A DNA stretch of 64,000 bases from the human T2T-CHM13v2.0 reference genome, Homo sapiens, in assembly GCF_009914755.1 (NCBI RefSeq), contig NC_060938.1. The stretch is one strand, 5' to 3'. A program made the position numbers and the translations under genes. This document shows positions 57,997-64,000 of this stretch, one piece after another (the first letter of the stretch is position 1; every line of letters begins with the position of its first letter). The notes under the pieces were generated by a model, which was not told where the DNA came from, did not search any database, and saw nothing but the letters and a program-made list of their open reading frames with translations.

Positions 57997-59199
57997 TTAA
58001 GAAAAGATAAAGTCGATAAATTGAAAAAAAAAAGATAGACAAATTTACAGATAAATAGAATAGGAAACTTGGTTGTAGTCAAAAGTGCTAGACCCTAGAT
58101 TTTGCAGAAAAACACGGTCAAATAGCTAGATTGTTCTGCCTCCAAGTGTCTGAAAGAAAGCATGTTTACAAACTTCCTTTTTCCTAAAATCACATTTTGC
58201 CTCAGTTGCACTTGCTTATCAGGACTTCCATGGCCTATCGGCCAAATTGAAAACTGCATTATTAAATTATCACACAATCCTAAAGCCTCTTGATCGAAGC
58301 CCTGCTAGAAATTTACACCTCGGGGCACTATTTTGCTCCCCAAATACCAGTCTTTGTCAATATCTCAATGTTTTCAGCCAATGTAACAAGTTTTAATATT
58401 TCACCACATTAAACTACCTCTCAGAACCACAGGCTCCCCTCTTACTACATGCGCGGTGAGACAAGAATGGATATCCTAAGAGAAAGGCAAGAGGAAGGGA
58501 CTTAGCCAGCACGCCCAGTTCTGCTGCCAGGCACATCAATTAGAATTCACCTTTTCCTCGCTGGTAAGGGATGAGTGAAGCGACAGAAACAGACTAGTGT
58601 TGTTATGCAAGCCTCTCCACATGGAGAAAACATCAGAAATGGGGAGTTAGCATCCCTAAAACAATGAAGTAGACTGGAGACTACATTAACATAATAACAT
58701 ATTAAAGTTATATTAAGAGACATGGACAATGCTAACAAGAAAAAGGTGTGTCTGTTTTGTAGCCTCTCTACTACTAAAACTCTTAAAAAGCCCAAGCCTA
58801 CTCCTGCAAGGACAGGAGGATCTATTGTAAGGATCTAAGCCACCTTTCCTGAATGGATTGGGACCCTCTCAGGATGGAGCTAGGATACTGAGAAGGAAGT
58901 TAAAGTGATATAAAGGAACAAGGAAAATATGGGAAGAAGAGAGAAGAAGGTGAGAGCCCAGAGAGAAAAGGACCTCCTGGAATCCTAAAACTGACTCTGC
59001 ATGGTCTGAAAAGGACCCATAGGGAAAGATAAAGATAAATTATCATCAACTTTGAGAATCTGGGTATTCATAATTGGCCACCCTGTGACTTGCCTTCTCA
59101 TACAGCTGATCACTCATAAGTCGCTGTGCTTCACACCATGTCTGTCCTAAGCTCCAGAACTGTCTACAGTTGTGAGCCGTGATTGTACCATGTCATCCA

Positions 59200-59397
59200 T
59201 CCAATAGATCACAACCAATGCACACTAGAGCAGAATAGAGTAGAATAGAAAATAATATGGCTTACTGCATGTAGTGAGGATAAGTACTGTTTTGTGAGAT
59301 TGGTTTCACTTTGATATTTGTGTCTGTATGCAATGCATCACAATACAAAATATATTTTTCTCTGTGGTCTGTGGTTAAAAATGTCTGAAAAGCACTA
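59200..59397. mobile_element. hAT-Charlie non-autonomous fragment
   Basis: agaatagaaaata...gcatgtagtgaggataagtactgttttgtga...gtctgaaaagcacta. Confidence 0.55.
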
Positions 59398-61600
59398 GTT
59401 TACATGGCCTCTTCCTCGGAATGTTTCTGTGGTTCATCAAATGAGAAAAAATATTTTATTTTCTTACACCCACCAACATCTTGTTCTACTCTACAATATA
59501 ATAATATGACCATTCACCTATCCTCAAGCAATGGTGAAGTCATCCTTATTTTCTCACAGCCTAAATTCTTCCTTCTACAAAGTCTTCTGTGACTATTAGA
59601 TGTTCCTTTCTAGAGGAACAGCAAAGAGTGTTTCTTTTTCTTATATGTTTTTCCCTTGCTTAGCAGCTATTAAATTCTAACTAAATAGATACTGAATGAA
59701 TAAATGAATAAATATTTGAAGGACAGCATGCAAATCCAGAAAATGAAGTTTTTTTCCCCAGTTAATTCCCACTTATTCAAAACAATTGAAAATCAGAGTA
59801 CTCAGATAAATTGATTATCTAAATTAAATGAGTTATTATTAGTGCTCCCCAAAATTTATCAGTTCTCAAACAATTTTCTAACTTGGCTCTATAATTATAT
59901 TAACTACAAGTTCTTCTTTCTCTGAAAGTTAACTTATTATTCAGTTAACCTGTACTGACACTGTTGATCACCTGCAAAATGCAAGACAGTCTCCTTGTTG
60001 TGAAACAAAGAGAGCTAAACAAATTGCTCCTCTGAAGGCCCTTATTGTCCTATTAGCCTAGTTACATGGCTCTTGTCTTATTTTTTAAGTAAGATTCCAG
60101 TTGAAAGATATTTTCAGTTGTAAAAATTCTAGAAAAATCAGTCTTTAGTGCACATTTTTTCCTCAAGGGGTAAATGGAATGGTAGGAAACTCTAATTTCC
60201 TCAAATGGGGACTCTCCTTTATTCAGATAGACCTAATTCTGAACTTTTACTCCAGTAATGAGATTCTTGAAGAATTAATGCTCAGAAAGCTGAACAATAA
60301 AGTCTAATGTACTTGTTTAGAACATCAGAATACCCAATATCTGTAGTGTCACATAACATATTTCTCTATATCTTCCAACCACTTTCTTGGTATTAAATTT
60401 TTAAAGCTTGGGATATCATGAATACTGGTAGGTTCACCCTGTGAGGAACCTACACACTGATTTATTCCTTTATTTCTCTCTCAATCTCATTCTATACGTA
60501 TGACTAACATCTATTAACAATAAAGTTTGTATGGTCATTTCACTTTAACTTTCAAAAAACCTCACCTGAAAAGACTTTGAATGCAGAGAAGTGATGAGAC
60601 TCGGCGAAAAATAAGCAGTCATCTAAGAAGTAGGGCATGGTGAATCCCTGCTATCCATCTCAGAATGTTTGAGGAGATGTAGGTCTTAGTTGCCCTGCAT
60701 AGTGCTTTGTTGAATGTTCTGATAAGTGAGTGTTTAATTAATAAGACGCACACCTCTAGAAGCTGTTAATTAACTCTTTGGGGCCTTTAGGGTATGAATC
60801 AGTAAGTCAACATGGTTTCTACGCAGTATGACACTCTTGAGAAATAGGAAGAATCATGAAGCTTCCAATAGTGATCAACAAATTTAGAGTCATTTAGAAC
60901 TCTAACAAGTAAGCTGAAATACCACCCTAGAATTTTGTCTTAATTTATTTCCTTCTGTATTCAAATACTTTAAATCTGATTGATCCCACAGTATTAATAA
61001 TTAGGGAAAATCTTTTATCCATGCCTTCAGAGAAGAAAGAGTAGGCCAAGGACCCATTTTCAATCCACTCTTAGAGAGGGCTAAAATTAGCAATTGGCTT
61101 TGCATAGGAACCCATTTTTTTTCTAGTAATACAGAAATATGTAACTACATCTAAATCTAATGCCCCCCACTTCACAAACACACATTAGAGGGATTCAATA
61201 ACCAAAAATTTTTCCTTTCTTTTTTTTGATTGAGAGAAAAGTGGATTTATTTAAACAAGGATAAACTCTTGAGGGGCACATAACATAGTGGTTATATGAA
61301 GCCTTTGAGGTCACTATGCCAGTGTTCAAATTCTAGTCCTGCAGCCTGATAAATTTTTGTAGATACCACTACCCTATAACCTTTTCCTCACTCAGCCCAT
61401 TGAGTCAGAGATGTCCACCATCCAGTATGGCTGAAATGAAAAGTAAAAGCTCAGATTTTTAGTTTCTAATTTTTATAAAATCGATAGCAGAAACAATTAC
61501 TTATATTTCTATATTTTGAAGAATTTTTTAAAGAATTGCTTGAGAAGCAAAAGTCTAAGTCTGTAAAGGAAAGAGGCTTAAGGTTTTTCCAGAAACAATG

Positions 61601-64000
61601 TGTATTAGGCTGTTCTTGCATTGATATAAAGAAAAACCTGAGACTGGGTAATTTATAAAGAAAAGAGGTTTAATTGGGTCACAGTTCTGTAGGCTTTACA
61701 GGCAGTATGGTGCTGGCATCTGCTCAACTTCTGGGGATGTCTCATAAAGCTTACAATCACTGCAGAAGGTGAAGAGGGAGAAGGCACATCACATGGTGAA
61801 AGCAGGAGGAAGAAGGAGAGAGGTGGAGGGGCAGATGCCACACACTTTTAAACAACCAGATCGCATGAGAACTAACTCCCTATTGTAAAGACAACACCAA
61901 GCCATGAGGCATCCACTCCCATGATCAAAACACCTTCCACCAGGCCCTGCCTCCAATATTGGGGATTACAATTCAACATATGATTTGGGTGGGGATACAG
62001 ATCCAAACTATATCATTCTGTCCCTAGTCCCTCTCAAATTACATATTCTTCTCACATTGCAAAATACAATCATGCCTTCCTGACAGTCCCCGAAAGTCTT
62101 AACTCATTCCAGTGTTAATTCAAACGTCCAAAATCTCATCTGAGACAAGGCAAGTCTCTTCTACCTATGTGCCTATAAAATAAAAACAAGTTATTTACTT
62201 CCAAGATACAATGAAGGTATGAACATTGCATAAACATTGCCATTCCAAAAGGGAGGAATTGGCCAAAAGAAAGGGGCTACAGGCCCCATGCACATTCAAA
62301 TTCCAACAGAACAATCATTAAAATTTAAAGCTCCAAAATAATCTCCTTTGACTCCATGTCCCACATCTAAGACACATTGGTGCAAGGGGTAGGCTCCTAA
62401 GGCCTTGGGCAGCTCTGCCCTGTGGCTTTGCAGGGTTCAGCCTCCAGGGCTGCTCTTATGGGTTGGAGTTTAATGCTTGTGGCTTTTCTGGATGCAGGGT
62501 GCAGCTGCTGGTGGATCTACCATTCTGAGGACTGGAGGATGATGGCCCCCTTCTCACAGCTCCAGTAGGCAGTGTCCCATTGGGGACTCTGTGGGGGCTC
62601 CAGCCCCACATTTTCCCTTGGCATTGCCCTAGTATAGGTTCTCTGTGAAGGCTCCACCCATGCAGTAGCCTTCTGCCTGAGCACCCAGGCTTTCTCAAAC
62701 ATCTTCTGAAACCTAGGTTGCTAAGCATTCTTCATTTTTGCATTCTGTGCACCTACAAGCTTAACACCATGTGGAAGCCATCAAGGCTTATGGCTTCTAT
62801 TCTCCAAAGTGGCAGCCTTGGCTGTATCTGAGCTCCTTTGAGCTGAGGCTGGAGCCAGAATGGCTTGGATGTGGGTAGAAGTGTCCTGAAGCGGCATAGG
62901 ACAGCAGAGCCCTGGGTCTGGCCCATGAAACCATTCTTCCCTCCTTGACCTCTGTGTCTGTAATGGGAAGTGCTGCCTGGGAGATCTCAGAAATGCCTCC
63001 GAGGCCTATTTTCCATTGTCTTAGCTAGCAGCACTTGGCTTCTTTTTAGTTATACAAATTTCTCTAGCAACTGGTTGCTCCACAGCCTGCTTGAATTCCT
63101 CTCCCCAAAAACCATTTTCTTTCTCTGCCACATGGCCAGCCTGCAAGTTTTCCAAATTTTTATGCTTTGCTTCTCTTTCAGATAAAAGTTCCAACTTTAA
63201 ATCATTTCTTTGCTCCTTCATCTGACTGTAGGCTGTTAGAAGCAGTCACGACACACTTGAACAATTTGCTACTTAGAAATTTCTTCTGCCAGACATCCTA
63301 GGTCATCACTCTCAAGTTCAAACTTCCACAGATCCCTAGGACTTGAACACAATCCAGTCAAGCTCTTTGCTAAGACATAACATGCATAACCTTTACTCCA
63401 GTACACAATAAGTTCCTCATTTCCATCTGAGACTTTGTCAGACTTGCCTTCACTGTCCATATCACTATTGGTATTTTGGTCATAACCATTTAATCAGTCT
63501 CTAAGAAATTCCAAACTTTCCCTCTTCCTCCTTTCTACTGATCCCTCCAAACTCTGTCAACCTCTGCCCATTACCCAGTTGCTTTCACATGTTCAAGTAT
63601 CTTTATAGCAGCACCCTTCTCTTCAGTACCAGTTTTCTGTGTTAGGCTATTCTTGCACTGCTATAAATACCTGAGACTGCATAGTTTATAAGAAAAAAGG
63701 TTCTCATTGTTCAATTCCCCAACATGGAACATGTATACATATGTAACTAACCTGCACGTTGTGCACATGTACCCTAAAACTTAAATTAAAAAAATAAAAT
63801 AAAAATAAAAAAAGAAAAAAGGTTAATTGGCTCACAGTTCTACAGGTTGTACAGGAAGCATAGTGACATTTGCCTAGTGAGGCCTCAGGAAGCTTCCAAT
63901 CATGGTGTAAGGGAAAGGGGGAGGAGGAACATCATATGGCAATAATGGGAGCAAGAGCAAGAGAGTGGGAGGAGATGCCACACACTTAAACAACCAAATC
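61601..64000 (-). mobile_element. MST (MSTA/B) MaLR provirus: 3'LTR 61601-62015, internal 62016-63637, 5'LTR 63638 to window end
   Basis: Two LTRs beginning tgt(a/g)ttaggct.ttcttgca flank a 1.62-kb MST-int sequence. Confidence 0.92.
63703..63811 (+). mobile_element. Micro L1PA3/4-like insertion with 5' inversion, inside the MST LTR
   Basis: Perfect 13-bp TSD aagaaaaaaggtt (63690-702/63812-824); inverted ctcattgttcaattccc, then L1 3' terminus and A tail. Confidence 0.92.

Noticed and set aside
61915-61940. DUX4 site position in the MST LTR
   Set aside because: The sequence tgatcaaaaca is too degenerate relative to TGATTCAATTA

Overview
AT-rich primate (human/ape-like) non-coding DNA, intronic or intergenic. 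I found no recognisable host protein-coding exon, tRNA, rRNA or CRISPR array. The ORFs I could assign are decayed transposon fragments (L1 ORF0/ORF1/ORF2, Tigger1 transposase, MaLR internal, Alu read-throughs); the rest look like chance ORFs. Much of the window is interspersed repeat: an internally deleted L1PA, a near full-length Tigger1, a 5.6-kb older L1 fused to a MER61 half-LTR, a solo MER41B LTR, an MST MaLR provirus, about 14 Alu-family elements, and MIR, L2 and hAT fossils. Repeat subfamily calls come from recalled consensus sequences and need Dfam/RepeatMasker confirmation. I see no evidence of a new multi-gene system. The best leads are structural or regulatory: a 39-bp fold-back hairpin inside one Alu, which itself lies 27 bp from an inverted Alu; an in-frame ORF1-ORF2 fusion junction in a mini-L1 that keeps its promoter; intact inverted GAS/STAT motifs in MER41B; a twin-primed micro-L1; an orphan poly(A) micro-insertion; unique-sequence hairpins; and a CpG-retaining candidate enhancer.
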